Source: Gammaproteobacteria bacterium
Lineage (GTDB): Bacteria; Pseudomonadota; Gammaproteobacteria; SZUA-229
Length of the DNA: 64,000 bases
Reading direction: 5' to 3'
Assembly (NCBI GenBank): GCA_029882355.1
Contig: JAOUKV010000007.1
Location: forward strand, 10,114 to 74,113
Shown here piece by piece: positions 1-8,934 of this stretch. The notes under the pieces were generated by a model. That model saw nothing but the letters and a program-made list of their open reading frames with translations. It was not told where the DNA came from and ran no database searches. Numbering within the stretch: position 1 is the first letter of the stretch; every line of letters starts with the position of its first letter. The translations under genes were made by a program, and so were the position numbers.

Positions 1-1233
1 TATTACAGCCAGGTTATCACCCGGTTTAACCTTATAATCTGTAATTGCTTCAGATAGCCAGGTACCTGGTGGTGCCTTTCTTAGGAAGTAGCTATTTACA
101 CCACGGCTAATTGCTTTGGCCACTTTTAGTTGGTGTGCTGAACTACGTAAATTCTTTTCTTCTCTAGGGTTAGAAATAAATGCTGTTTCTAACAATACTG
201 AAGGAATATTAGGTGTTTTCAGCACAGCAAAACCGGCCTGTTGAACTGTTTTTTTATGAACCTTATTGACCGTACCAATCTGTTTCAATACTTCATCGCC
301 AATATCTAGACTTGACTCAATACCGCCAGTAAAAGAAAGATCAAGTAAAACTTTATTGACCATGGGATCGTCATTAGTCAGTGACACATCACCAAACATC
401 ACATCAGATGCATTTTCATTTTCTGCCAGCTGTTGCGCCATCTCAGAACTAGCACCATTTACTGACAAAGCAAAAATTGAGGAACCACGAGCACGCGGAT
501 CAGGAAAAGAATCAGCATGAATTGAAATCATCATATCTGCATTGCTCTTTCTGGCTTTTTCTATACGATGACGAAGCTTCATGTAACGGTCATCTTTACG
601 TGTCAACACGGCTTTCATTCCACGTTGATTGTTGATAAGTTTTTCCAGCTTTCTAGCCATTTGCAGTGTTACAGTTTTTTCTTTCGTTCCTTTTCTACCC
701 GTTGCGCCAGGATCTCTACCACCGTGACCGGCATCTATAACAATAACCACATCACGTAACTCTTTTTTCGGCGCTTTCTTTGAAACTATTTTCTCTGATT
801 TTTTTTCTGAATCATGTAAATCCAGTACTAAACGATGTCCAGCTTCACCTGAAGGTGTCAATATAAAACTACGAGGAGAAACCTGCTCATGCAGATCAAA
901 GACTACGCGTAAATCGTGACCATTTTGAATACCACTGCGAATACCACGAATCAACGAATTAGCCTGAATCATATCAATCATGCCATGTGGCATACTGGCA
1001 TTTTTCAGGTCAAGGACAATGCGTTCTGGCTGATGTAAGGAGAAAATGCTGTGCTGAACAGAGCGATCCATATCAAAAACAAGGCGAACATAGCCGTCAC
1101 TTTTGGAAAGTCTGATATCTTTTACCTGTGCTTTGGGCGTGCTGGCATGCGATAAGCTCGGAACAGCAGACAAACCTGCCGCACCGCTAACGCCTATCAA
1201 CTGCTGAAGAAATTTTCGACGCCCCTTTCCCAT
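1..1233 (-). CDS. N-acetylmuramoyl-L-alanine amidase (AmiB/AmiC family); C-terminus with LysM-like tail runs off the window start
   Basis: Own reverse translation from ATG at 1233..1231 gives MGKGRRKFLQQLIGVSGAAG, a twin-arginine signal, followed by the Amidase_3 core (VIDAGHGG, ISIHADS) and a LysM-like C-terminus (YKVKPGDNLAVI). Amidase-tsaE-nnr synteny is conserved. Absent from the ORF track because it is truncated at the window edge. Confidence 0.85.
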   Translation of the reverse strand, partial: MGKGRRKFLQQLIGVSGAAGLSAVPSLSHASTPKAQVKDIRLSKSDGYVRLVFDMDRSVQHSIFSLHQPERIVLDLKNASMPHGMIDMIQANSLIRGIRSGIQNGHDLRVVFDLHEQVSPRSFILTPSGEAGHRLVLDLHDSEKKSEKIVSKKAPKKELRDVVIVIDAGHGGRDPGATGRKGTKEKTVTLQMARKLEKLINNQRGMKAVLTRKDDRYMKLRHRIEKARKSNADMMISIHADSFPDPRARGSSIFALSVNGASSEMAQQLAENENASDVMFGDVSLTNDDPMVNKVLLDLSFTGGIESSLDIGDEVLKQIGTVNKVHKKTVQQAGFAVLKTPNIPSVLLETAFISNPREEKNLRSSAHQLKVAKAISRGVNSYFLRKAPPGTWLSEAITDYKVKPGDNLAVI

Positions 1234-1359
1234 CTGCTCAGAACCCTGTTATTACATCAAAAGAATATACACCCGTACACCTACAGTCTGGCTATTTTTT
1301 CAACTATTGCAAGTTTTTCTCTAATATTTTTATATAGATAGAGGACTTCTCTATAGTAG

Positions 1360-1839
1360 TTAGTTAGCATTTAAATGTAAGACGACATCATTACCCTTTA
1401 TGCTCTTCGCAGATACATTAAGCTGTCGCCCTTGACCCTTATATTCGATTGAACAAACGATGTCCGGATTAGGTAGATATCCTTCTGCTTTTTCCGGCCA
1501 TTCAATCAGCGAGACAGACTGATCATCGAAATAATCTCTTACACCAGCGAATTCCAGCTCTTCACCATCACTAAGCCTATATAAATCAAAGTGATAGAGC
1601 ATATTTTCAGTTTCTAATTCGTAGGGTTCGACCAGTGTATAAGTTGGACTTTTAACCATTCCCTGATAACCACAGCCACGCAGGAACCCCCGCGCAAAGG
1701 TGGTTTTACCAGCCCCCAGGTTACCCTCTAAAAAAATCACCAGATCAAGATTGGACTTTTTAGCCATATTTGCTGCAAAGGCTTCAAGACTGGATTCAGA
1801 GTCAATAAATTGGGATATTGATGCAAGTTCATCATTCAT
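1360..1839 (-). CDS. tsaE: tRNA threonylcarbamoyladenosine biosynthesis ATPase TsaE (YjeE)
   Basis: 159 aa with P-loop GNLGAGKTTFARG; a 4-nt ATGA overlap with the upstream nnr matches the conserved operon. Confidence 0.92.
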   Translation of the reverse strand: MNDELASISQFIDSESSLEAFAANMAKKSNLDLVIFLEGNLGAGKTTFARGFLRGCGYQGMVKSPTYTLVEPYELETENMLYHFDLYRLSDGEELEFAGVRDYFDDQSVSLIEWPEKAEGYLPNPDIVCSIEYKGQGRQLNVSAKSIKGNDVVLHLNAN

Positions 1840-3326
1840 GCGTTTATAACTCGTCTGATCATGTCAATTAGCTCTGAGGCCACCATACCGTAGGTATCAC
1901 CCGCTGCCGCCAAATCACCTGCACGCGCATGTACACAAACACCCAGCGTGGCAGCTTCATTTAAATTTAAACCCTGTGCGACAAAGCCTGCGATGACCCC
2001 GGTCAAGACATCACCCATACCAGCGACCGCCATGGCAGGGTTGCCCAATGAGCAAACACGCAGCTTATCACCATCATAAATCAGCGTGCCTGAACCTTTT
2101 AAAACAACGACACCTTTCATTAGATCATAGAGTTGTTTGATTGCAGCAAGGCGATCAAGCTGAATATCCGAAGCTTTATGACAATATAGCAAGCGAGCGG
2201 CCTCACCAGGGTGTGGAGTAATAATATGAGCTGGAGTGATATGTAAATTGTTCTCTGCAATTAGATTTAATGCGTCCGCATCAAGTACCATTGGTCGATC
2301 AAGCGCGATAGCTTGCGTCAATAATCGATGTGCCCAGGCATCCCGCCCTAAACCTGGTCCTATAGCAACCACCGATATTCTCTCTACACACAATTCAGGT
2401 AGGTCACCATTTACACTGCCGTAGACCATGGCCTCAGGACAGGCCGCAGCAACAGCGGCAATATGCTCAACACGCGTCACCACGGTGACCATAGCAGCAC
2501 CACTGCGTAAAGCTGCTCTAGCTGCCAGTATCACCGCGCCGGGCATACCATCATTACCACCTATGACCAGCACATGGCCGTACAGACCTTTATGTGAATC
2601 GTGCCTTCTTTTAGGTAGATGAAAATATTCGGGTGATATCAATAATTCAGCGGCTGGTAGTTCGGACTCATAGACAGACTCAGGCACATCCAGTGAATCA
2701 AAAATAACCTCACCGCAGCAGGCCTTACCGCTCGCCGTAAATAAACCTACTTTCAAAGCAATAAAAGTGACAGTAATATCAGCCGAGATTGCTGCACCTT
2801 TTATTGAGCCAGTTAAAGCGTCAAGACCTGATGGTACATCGACAGAAATAACTGCCTTAGCCGAATAATTTACGGCATCAATCCAGTTTAGCCATGAGCC
2901 TTCCACTTCACGGGTTAATCCCGTTCCCAATAAAGCATCGACAACAACATCTGCATCGTTAATTAAGGCAACATCATTCACTGAAAGCACCGCAGTTTCA
3001 TGCCATTGCAGATAAGCCTGACGCGCATCACCCTGAAGTTTTTCCGGATCAGTCAAACTCACGACTTTTACATCCAGGCCTCGCTGCTGAGCCAGACGCG
3101 CAATGACATAACCATCGCCTGCATTATTCCCTGCACCGCATAAAACCAGAATTCTTTTTGTCTGAGGATAGTTTCTGGACAAAACGTCAAGGACTGCTTT
3201 GCCTGCTCTACGCATCAAGGTGTAGCCGGAAATACCGTGGTCCTGGATGGCTTTGTGATCAATACGCCTGACGGACTCAGGCGTATATAGTGAAGAAGGA
3301 AGTTTTTGCATAAGCCAATTATACAA
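1836..3326 (-). CDS. nnr: Bifunctional NAD(P)H-hydrate epimerase/dehydratase Nnr (YjeF)
   Basis: 496 aa with an N-terminal YjeF_N domain (LVLCGAGNNAGDGYV) and a C-terminal carbohydrate-kinase domain (GPGLG). Confidence 0.92.
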   Translation of the reverse strand: MYNWLMQKLPSSLYTPESVRRIDHKAIQDHGISGYTLMRRAGKAVLDVLSRNYPQTKRILVLCGAGNNAGDGYVIARLAQQRGLDVKVVSLTDPEKLQGDARQAYLQWHETAVLSVNDVALINDADVVVDALLGTGLTREVEGSWLNWIDAVNYSAKAVISVDVPSGLDALTGSIKGAAISADITVTFIALKVGLFTASGKACCGEVIFDSLDVPESVYESELPAAELLISPEYFHLPKRRHDSHKGLYGHVLVIGGNDGMPGAVILAARAALRSGAAMVTVVTRVEHIAAVAAACPEAMVYGSVNGDLPELCVERISVVAIGPGLGRDAWAHRLLTQAIALDRPMVLDADALNLIAENNLHITPAHIITPHPGEAARLLYCHKASDIQLDRLAAIKQLYDLMKGVVVLKGSGTLIYDGDKLRVCSLGNPAMAVAGMGDVLTGVIAGFVAQGLNLNEAATLGVCVHARAGDLAAAGDTYGMVASELIDMIRRVINA

Positions 3327-3370
3327 CTGACTTCGAATTAATAAAGAACCGAGGTTACCTTATGACCTAT

Positions 3371-4159
3371 CTAACTCATTTCGTCTTCAAAGGTGTTATT
3401 ACATGAGCATGTTGCTGTTGACTCAGATTGTAAAAAATATTCATCAAGTCTTGCCACTATATCATTGGGTTTAAACGGCTTGGCCAGACGGCCAGTTTCA
3501 CTACTGTCAGCCTCAACCACAGAATCAGTCGATGTCATTACAATAACTGGCAGGTGTTGACCAAATTCAGTTTGTCTAATTCTTCTCAGCACCTCATTGC
3601 CATCAATGCCGGGCATTACAATATCGAGCAATACCAAATCGGGGCACTGCTTTTCTATTTCTTCCAGCGCATACTCACCATCAGCAACTTCAACAACTTC
3701 ATAGCTAGCCTTAACCAATATCTTTTTCGCTATAGCACGAACCATACGACTATCATCTACCACCATAACTTTTTTTATGCTTAATGGTTTCTCAACGACA
3801 GCGGGTGCCTTCTCAATTTTCTCTATATCAAGAAGTTTAAGAACTTCAGCAGTATCAGATAAATCATGTTCCACAATATTACTTATATAGGGTAAACCCG
3901 AGACATCCTGTTCAAAGAAAAAACGTGCATACTCAATATTTTTAATATCTAGTAATGCAGCATTACCGCGTTTGGTTTTATATCCTACATCAATAATTTT
4001 TCCATGATTGAAAGAAAAACCTGCACCATCACCATTATTGGTTACCAGTAATAGAACGCCATCCCAATCTTCATGACACGCCAAAGAAAGTAATTTTTTC
4101 ACTTCATCAAAAGCCACCAGGTTGCTTTGATACACTGTCACTCTCTCTTGACTCACCAA
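3371..4159 (-). CDS. Response regulator with C-terminal REC domain and an uncharacterised ~130 aa N-terminal domain (PATAN/DUF4388-like architecture)
   Basis: The C-terminal receiver reads VMVVDDSRMVRAIAKKIL...DLVLLDIVMPGIDG...MTS. The N-terminal domain has no motif I recognise. Confidence 0.7.
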   Translation of the reverse strand: MVSQERVTVYQSNLVAFDEVKKLLSLACHEDWDGVLLLVTNNGDGAGFSFNHGKIIDVGYKTKRGNAALLDIKNIEYARFFFEQDVSGLPYISNIVEHDLSDTAEVLKLLDIEKIEKAPAVVEKPLSIKKVMVVDDSRMVRAIAKKILVKASYEVVEVADGEYALEEIEKQCPDLVLLDIVMPGIDGNEVLRRIRQTEFGQHLPVIVMTSTDSVVEADSSETGRLAKPFKPNDIVARLDEYFLQSESTATCSCNNTFEDEMS

Positions 4160-4199
4160 CCCTTCCTCTTAACTCTTCAACTTAATTTTCATAAAATTA

Positions 4200-5405
4200 T
4201 TAAGCACAACAATGAAGCAACTGTTTTTGTTTCCAGGCAACGAGCCAGAGTGGAATCTCAACAGCAGTAATAGCAGGACTAATAAAATAACCCTGTGCTA
4301 CATCACAACCCAACTTTTCTACTGAGTTCCATATCTCCTGAGTTTCCACGCCTTCAGCGACAGACTTAATATTCATTTTTTTTGAAAAGTCGATGGATGT
4401 TTCAACAATGACATGAGCATTTGGATCTGTCTGTATATGCTGAACAAAAGAACGATCGATTTTGAGCTCATCAAATGGACCTCGGTGCAACATCTGAATA
4501 GACGAATAGCCAGTACCGAAGTCATCAATTGATAGATGAATACCTTTCATACGTATGCGAGTCAAAATATCCAGCACATGAGAAATATCATCTGAAAATG
4601 CACTTTCGGTGATTTCGATAATCAACTGCGAAGGATCTAGTTTATGCTCAATCAGTTTTTTCTGAAGCTGATCTGGAAAATTAAGATCAGTCAAAGTTTT
4701 GATTGAAATATTTACTGCCACCTGAATCACAATTCCTTTAGATTTCCATCCACCACAATCTGCTAATGCGTTATCCAACACCAAGGAAGTCAAATCTTTT
4801 ATCAAGCCAGCCTCCTCTGCAAGAGCGATAAAGTCATCTGGCATAATTAAACCTTTATCTGGATGTTGCCACCTTACAAGCGCTTCAACAGAGGTCAAAA
4901 AATGCGAGGGTATGTCAATCTTTGGCTGGTAATAATTTACAAGTTCTTTGTTGTTTATAGCCTGTCTCAACTCATCAGCAGTTATCGGACCACTGATTTT
5001 TTTTGTCTCGGAAGACGGTACTCGAGGCTTACTTCTTCTATCTAGAATCCTCTCAAGACTATCAATCGAAATCGGCTTTTCTAATACACCTTTTACTGTA
5101 AGCCCACGACTATCAGCCAGCCCTCTTGCAGAATAAAGAACACTAAGATCGAAACCACTCATGAGTACAATTTCAGCTTTTGAATCAACACTAGCGAGAT
5201 ATCTAATCAGTTCTACTCCATCCATACCCGGCATGGTGAGATCAATAATAATAATATTTAGATCATGGCTGTACTGCTCAATAAATTCCTGAGAATCGCT
5301 AATACTGGTCACTTCATAGCCAATATTTCTAGCAACAAAGCTTACAAACTCACAAACATCATCTTCGTCATCAACTACAAGAAGACGTGGGGCTTTGTTA
5401 TTCAT
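4200..5405 (-). CDS. REC-EAL c-di-GMP phosphodiesterase response regulator
   Basis: N-terminal receiver (LLVVDDEDDV...IIDLTMPGMDG) plus an EAL domain (YYQPKI, EALVRW, DDFGTGYSS). The start was moved to MNNKAPRLLVVDD at 5405 because the 5'-extended ORF overlaps the hemerythrin gene. A strong start is supported by a stop/ATG spacing of 2 nt. Confidence 0.85.
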   Translation of the reverse strand: MNNKAPRLLVVDDEDDVCEFVSFVARNIGYEVTSISDSQEFIEQYSHDLNIIIIDLTMPGMDGVELIRYLASVDSKAEIVLMSGFDLSVLYSARGLADSRGLTVKGVLEKPISIDSLERILDRRSKPRVPSSETKKISGPITADELRQAINNKELVNYYQPKIDIPSHFLTSVEALVRWQHPDKGLIMPDDFIALAEEAGLIKDLTSLVLDNALADCGGWKSKGIVIQVAVNISIKTLTDLNFPDQLQKKLIEHKLDPSQLIIEITESAFSDDISHVLDILTRIRMKGIHLSIDDFGTGYSSIQMLHRGPFDELKIDRSFVQHIQTDPNAHVIVETSIDFSKKMNIKSVAEGVETQEIWNSVEKLGCDVAQGYFISPAITAVEIPLWLVAWKQKQLLHCCA

Positions 5406-5832
5406 GCTTAACTCCCATCTCGTAATTATGTACACAATCAGAATAATTTTTATCCATTCCTTCAATATGATCCTTTAGCCAATCTTCAAAAAACCCCATA
5501 AACCAAACCGCCGCATTTATATCACCCCTAAATTCTGGGTTTTTCACGAAATCTTTAAGTTGATTTTCTAGCATGCGGTGAACTAGTTTATGATTTTCAT
5601 AAAAGGGATAATGACAGGACTCCATCATGTCTTCTTCATGACGAAAATGATATATCGTGTACTGTAGCAAATCATCAATGATCATGGGTAACGCTGAAGC
5701 TTCACCACTCTTTATGGTTGCCTGCAAGTGATTAAGTAACTCAAAAAGCACCTGGTGATCATCATCCAGCTCAACAATATCCACACTAAAATCTGAACAC
5801 CATCGAAATGTATTAAGTGCGTTATTAGCCAT
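5398..5832 (-). CDS. Bacteriohemerythrin (HHE cation-binding domain protein)
   Basis: 144 aa with hemerythrin His/Glu/Asp ligand spacing: HFRHEED, YENHKLVH and WLKDHIEGMD. Confidence 0.8.
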   Translation of the reverse strand: MANNALNTFRWCSDFSVDIVELDDDHQVLFELLNHLQATIKSGEASALPMIIDDLLQYTIYHFRHEEDMMESCHYPFYENHKLVHRMLENQLKDFVKNPEFRGDINAAVWFMGFFEDWLKDHIEGMDKNYSDCVHNYEMGVKHE

Positions 5833-5888
5833 TTTTCTATCCTTTTTTATCTCAATTATTGAAGCACCTAAAAATATTCATCGCGATA

Positions 5889-6242
5889 CTAAATACTGCT
5901 ACTAATCAGACTTCCATTTGAATCGATCAACTCATCAAATACCTTATGTAAATTACTACAATTCAGTGGCCGACTTATAGAGTAAGCAGAGTTAACACCT
6001 GAGACATTCTCACCAATAGAAACCATTACTTTCCCGCTATACATGCCAATTTCACAGTTGTAAATAAACTCTTTACCTTCGTCTTGCTCAAAATCGACAA
6101 TAACAACTTCTGCATTATCCTCATCTGAATATACCCAGAGTAAAGACGGGTCCAAATTTATAACTTTTAAAAATGACTTCAATATGACTTGATCATGCTG
6201 ATTTAAACCAAAAGAGGTAATTTTATGCTGCACTTCCATCAT
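5889..6242 (-). CDS. Hypothetical protein (117 aa, no recognisable domain)
   Basis: ORF in the six-frame track. The start was moved to MMEVQHK at 6242, where AGGAGAAG sits 3 nt upstream of ATGATG; the longer N-terminal extension has no ribosome-binding site. Confidence 0.5.
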   Translation of the reverse strand: MMEVQHKITSFGLNQHDQVILKSFLKVINLDPSLLWVYSDEDNAEVVIVDFEQDEGKEFIYNCEIGMYSGKVMVSIGENVSGVNSAYSISRPLNCSNLHKVFDELIDSNGSLISSSI

Positions 6243-6493
6243 GTCTTCTCCTGAGAAATAACCATGAGCAAATACTATTATCAGGGGACAAATAAACCTA
6301 TAGGAATACTCCCTATTTACTGCAGCAACAGTCAAAAAATGCGGTGTTAATTATTAGCAATAAACTATGGATATACAGAATTAATCAGCATTGTTTTATA
6401 TAAAACAGCAAGCGGAAGTTATAACCTGACTTAGAGTGCGTGTATATTTTTATTGTTGAATTGCGGGTAAAAAAGAAGGAACAAGAAGTATTA

Positions 6494-7123
6494 TCACGCA
6501 GTAACTATACCGTGGCGTATAGCATAGCGTGATAACTCAACAAGGTTTTTAACATCTAGTTTATGCATAATATTGTCACGATGGTTGCTGGCTGTTTTGG
6601 GGCTAATGTTCAAATTACTCGCTACCTCAGTCACTGTAGATCCCTGTGCGAGCAAAACAAAGATTTCAAACTCACGCTTAGATAACTCATTGATTTCAGA
6701 GGGCCTGGAACCTGTATCAGCGCCTTTATCGACTAGATCATCACTAAGGTAGAAATGATTTAGCGATACAGCTTCAATAGCCTCCAGCAACTCTGTCGGT
6801 GCACTGCGCTTGGTGACATAACCATTTACACTGAGCTTTTTCATATTTTCAACATGACTAATGTCATCATACATGCTTAAAACGATAACTTTGACCTGAA
6901 CATCTTGTGCTTTAATTCGTCGTACCAGCTCCACACCACCCATACCAGGCATATTAATATCACAAACAATAAGATCAGGGCTCTGTTCCAAATAAACTTT
7001 ATAGCCAGTCTCTGCACTACCTGCTTCGATCACATCATAACGCCCATTAGACAATAGCAGGCTCTTAAATCCTGCGCGCACAACTTCATGATCATCAACC
7101 AGTAAAATTTTTAGATTGCTCAT
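6494..7123 (-). CDS. NarL/FixJ-family response regulator (GacA/UvrY-like, REC + LuxR HTH)
   Basis: MSNLKILLVDDHEVVRAGF...DINMPGMGG receiver and a C-terminal LuxR-type HTH (LSKREFEIFVLLAQGSTVTEVASNLNISPKTASNHRDNIMHKL). Confidence 0.9.
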   Translation of the reverse strand: MSNLKILLVDDHEVVRAGFKSLLLSNGRYDVIEAGSAETGYKVYLEQSPDLIVCDINMPGMGGVELVRRIKAQDVQVKVIVLSMYDDISHVENMKKLSVNGYVTKRSAPTELLEAIEAVSLNHFYLSDDLVDKGADTGSRPSEINELSKREFEIFVLLAQGSTVTEVASNLNISPKTASNHRDNIMHKLDVKNLVELSRYAIRHGIVTA

Positions 7124-7125
7124 AT

Positions 7126-8535
7126 TTAGTCAATTTCTGCTATTTTTAAATTAATACGTACAAATAGTGATACTCCAGCTCCATCACGACTGGATATATT
7201 AATAACACCGCCAAGTGCCTCTACACGTTCATGCAAACCGAAAATTCCCATGCCATGTTTATTTTGTTTTTTATCCTCTGAAAAACCAATGCCATTATCT
7301 GATATTTCAAGCTCAAAAAAATCAGATGATGCCGCAGATTCATTGAGTATTTTTTTTCTTTGCATTTTTATCTGTACTTTCGATGCTTTTGCATACTTGG
7401 CAATATTCGTTAACGATTCCTGCACAATTCGGTAGATTGTTAGTTGGACCAACTGATCCATTGTTTCTACTTCGCCGGCTATATCCAGTTTGATATCCAC
7501 ATCTGTATGGTGGAGACCGGAAGCATGAATGCATGACTGTATCGCAGCCTCTAAACCTAATGTATCTAATACAACGGGGTGCAGCCGATACATCAACTCA
7601 TGTGCAGAATCATACATTTTATCCGCAACGTCTGAAATACTTGTTGCACTTTGTTGATAGAAATCTGTAGTAACATTAGTTGCCCCGGACATTGCTGAAG
7701 CTATAACTCGCACCGCAGTAAGTGACTGGCCTATCTCATCATGTAGCTCTCTTGCAATTTCATGGCGTACATCCTCCTGAACTTGCAGCATTCTGCGTGC
7801 AAGATTTCGTTTATCGATACTGAGTTTTAACATTGCTCTCTGCGCGCGTTTCATGCTTGTTACATCAAGCGCAAAACCTGCTAATTCATTATTTCCTGAA
7901 GTACGAAAGATATAGTGCATCAACCATAATTTTCCCTGTGAGGTGGCATGCTGGCTTTCAAAAAAATATTGTCCATGTCGCATGATCATTTCATATTTGC
8001 CTGTAAGATCATGAAAAATGTCCGTCGCTGGCACCCCAGTCTGAACATCCACATTTAAATCTAGTTTTGATAAGGCAGCACCCACCATTTCCTGAATCAT
8101 TTCATGCTGATCGACGCGATAATAAATAACGGGAATTTTTCTCAACAATGAGCGTATAGACTTATCGTGCTCTACCCGTTTTCTCATAACTGAAATGGGC
8201 TCTGCAATGTCGACACCCATCTGCAGAAAACCATCTTTACCATTATCTAAAATAACTGGCGAGAAAGAGACTTTATGCCAGATTTTTTTATCTTCGTAAT
8301 AGGTATCATAAAATGCTGGAGCTTTTTGATATTTAATATAATTACATAAGGGGCAGTCTGCCTCTAGAAGTTTGTTAGAATGAAAAAATTTATGGACAGT
8401 TGCGTTCAAAAGAACGCTTTCTTTCATGCCTGCAAACGCAATAGCTTCTTTATTGACTTGAATAATTTTACCTGAATGATCAATGATAATCACTGGATAC
8501 GGAATCGAGTCCATTTGAAAAGGATTATGTAGCAC
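7126..8535 (-). CDS. Cytoplasmic PAS-domain sensor histidine kinase (HisKA_3/NarX-type)
   Basis: 469 aa with no TM segment. It has N-terminal PAS-like repeats, an H-box ELHDEIGQSLTAV typical of HisKA_3, and a HATPase domain (ISDNGIGF...GMGIFGLHERV). A 3-nt spacing to the downstream NarL-type regulator indicates a cognate pair. Confidence 0.85.
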   Translation of the reverse strand: MLHNPFQMDSIPYPVIIIDHSGKIIQVNKEAIAFAGMKESVLLNATVHKFFHSNKLLEADCPLCNYIKYQKAPAFYDTYYEDKKIWHKVSFSPVILDNGKDGFLQMGVDIAEPISVMRKRVEHDKSIRSLLRKIPVIYYRVDQHEMIQEMVGAALSKLDLNVDVQTGVPATDIFHDLTGKYEMIMRHGQYFFESQHATSQGKLWLMHYIFRTSGNNELAGFALDVTSMKRAQRAMLKLSIDKRNLARRMLQVQEDVRHEIARELHDEIGQSLTAVRVIASAMSGATNVTTDFYQQSATSISDVADKMYDSAHELMYRLHPVVLDTLGLEAAIQSCIHASGLHHTDVDIKLDIAGEVETMDQLVQLTIYRIVQESLTNIAKYAKASKVQIKMQRKKILNESAASSDFFELEISDNGIGFSEDKKQNKHGMGIFGLHERVEALGGVINISSRDGAGVSLFVRINLKIAEID

Positions 8536-8550
8536 TGTGCTAGTGCCTCC

Positions 8551-8934
8551 TCATAGCTTTGTTTTAATTTCAGTTAGAATTTTTTCTAAATCCTCCAGGG
8601 CTATAGGCTTGCTCAATGTATCTATAACTGACATACCCAAGTCTGTTCCCACTGTTTTTGCCCAATTCAACATATAGTCACCGTGACCACTCATTAAAAT
8701 AATAGGACAGCGATTACCCGCAGAGCCTAACCACTCAAGTAAACCAATTGCATCAATATCTGGAATCGCAACATCCATTAGCAACAAGTCAGGCGACATA
8801 AGCAAATAGGCTTCCTGAAAATCCTTGCCGCTGGACATGGTAATAACCTCATAACCTGTAACCTCCCCGGCAAAAGAGGCAAATTCGCCCATATCTGGTT
8901 CATCATCAACAATTAATAAAATTGGTTTACTCAT
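8551..8934 (-). CDS. Single-domain response regulator (REC only)
   Basis: ILLIVDDEPDMGEF...LLLMDVAIPDIDA...ILMSGHG. The start was chosen at MSKPILL (8934), preceded by GGAGAAGAGAATA. The longer track ORF would overlap the upstream kinase by 56 nt. Confidence 0.75.
   Translation of the reverse strand: MSKPILLIVDDEPDMGEFASFAGEVTGYEVITMSSGKDFQEAYLLMSPDLLLMDVAIPDIDAIGLLEWLGSAGNRCPIILMSGHGDYMLNWAKTVGTDLGMSVIDTLSKPIALEDLEKILTEIKTKL

Noticed and set aside
266-759. Two plus-strand ORFs (84 and 63 aa) at the window start
   Set aside because: They lie antisense to a clear minus-strand amidase gene (TAT signal, Amidase_3 motifs) that the track omitted because it is truncated at the window edge.
2236-2622. 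Short plus-strand ORFs inside nnr
   Set aside because: Antisense to a conserved, full-length housekeeping CDS, with no RBS or domain signal. Short antisense ORFs inside long genes were treated the same way throughout (for example 7250..7435, 9316..9504, 13695..14021, 20814..21050, 31301..31847, 36518..36891 and 59647..60080).
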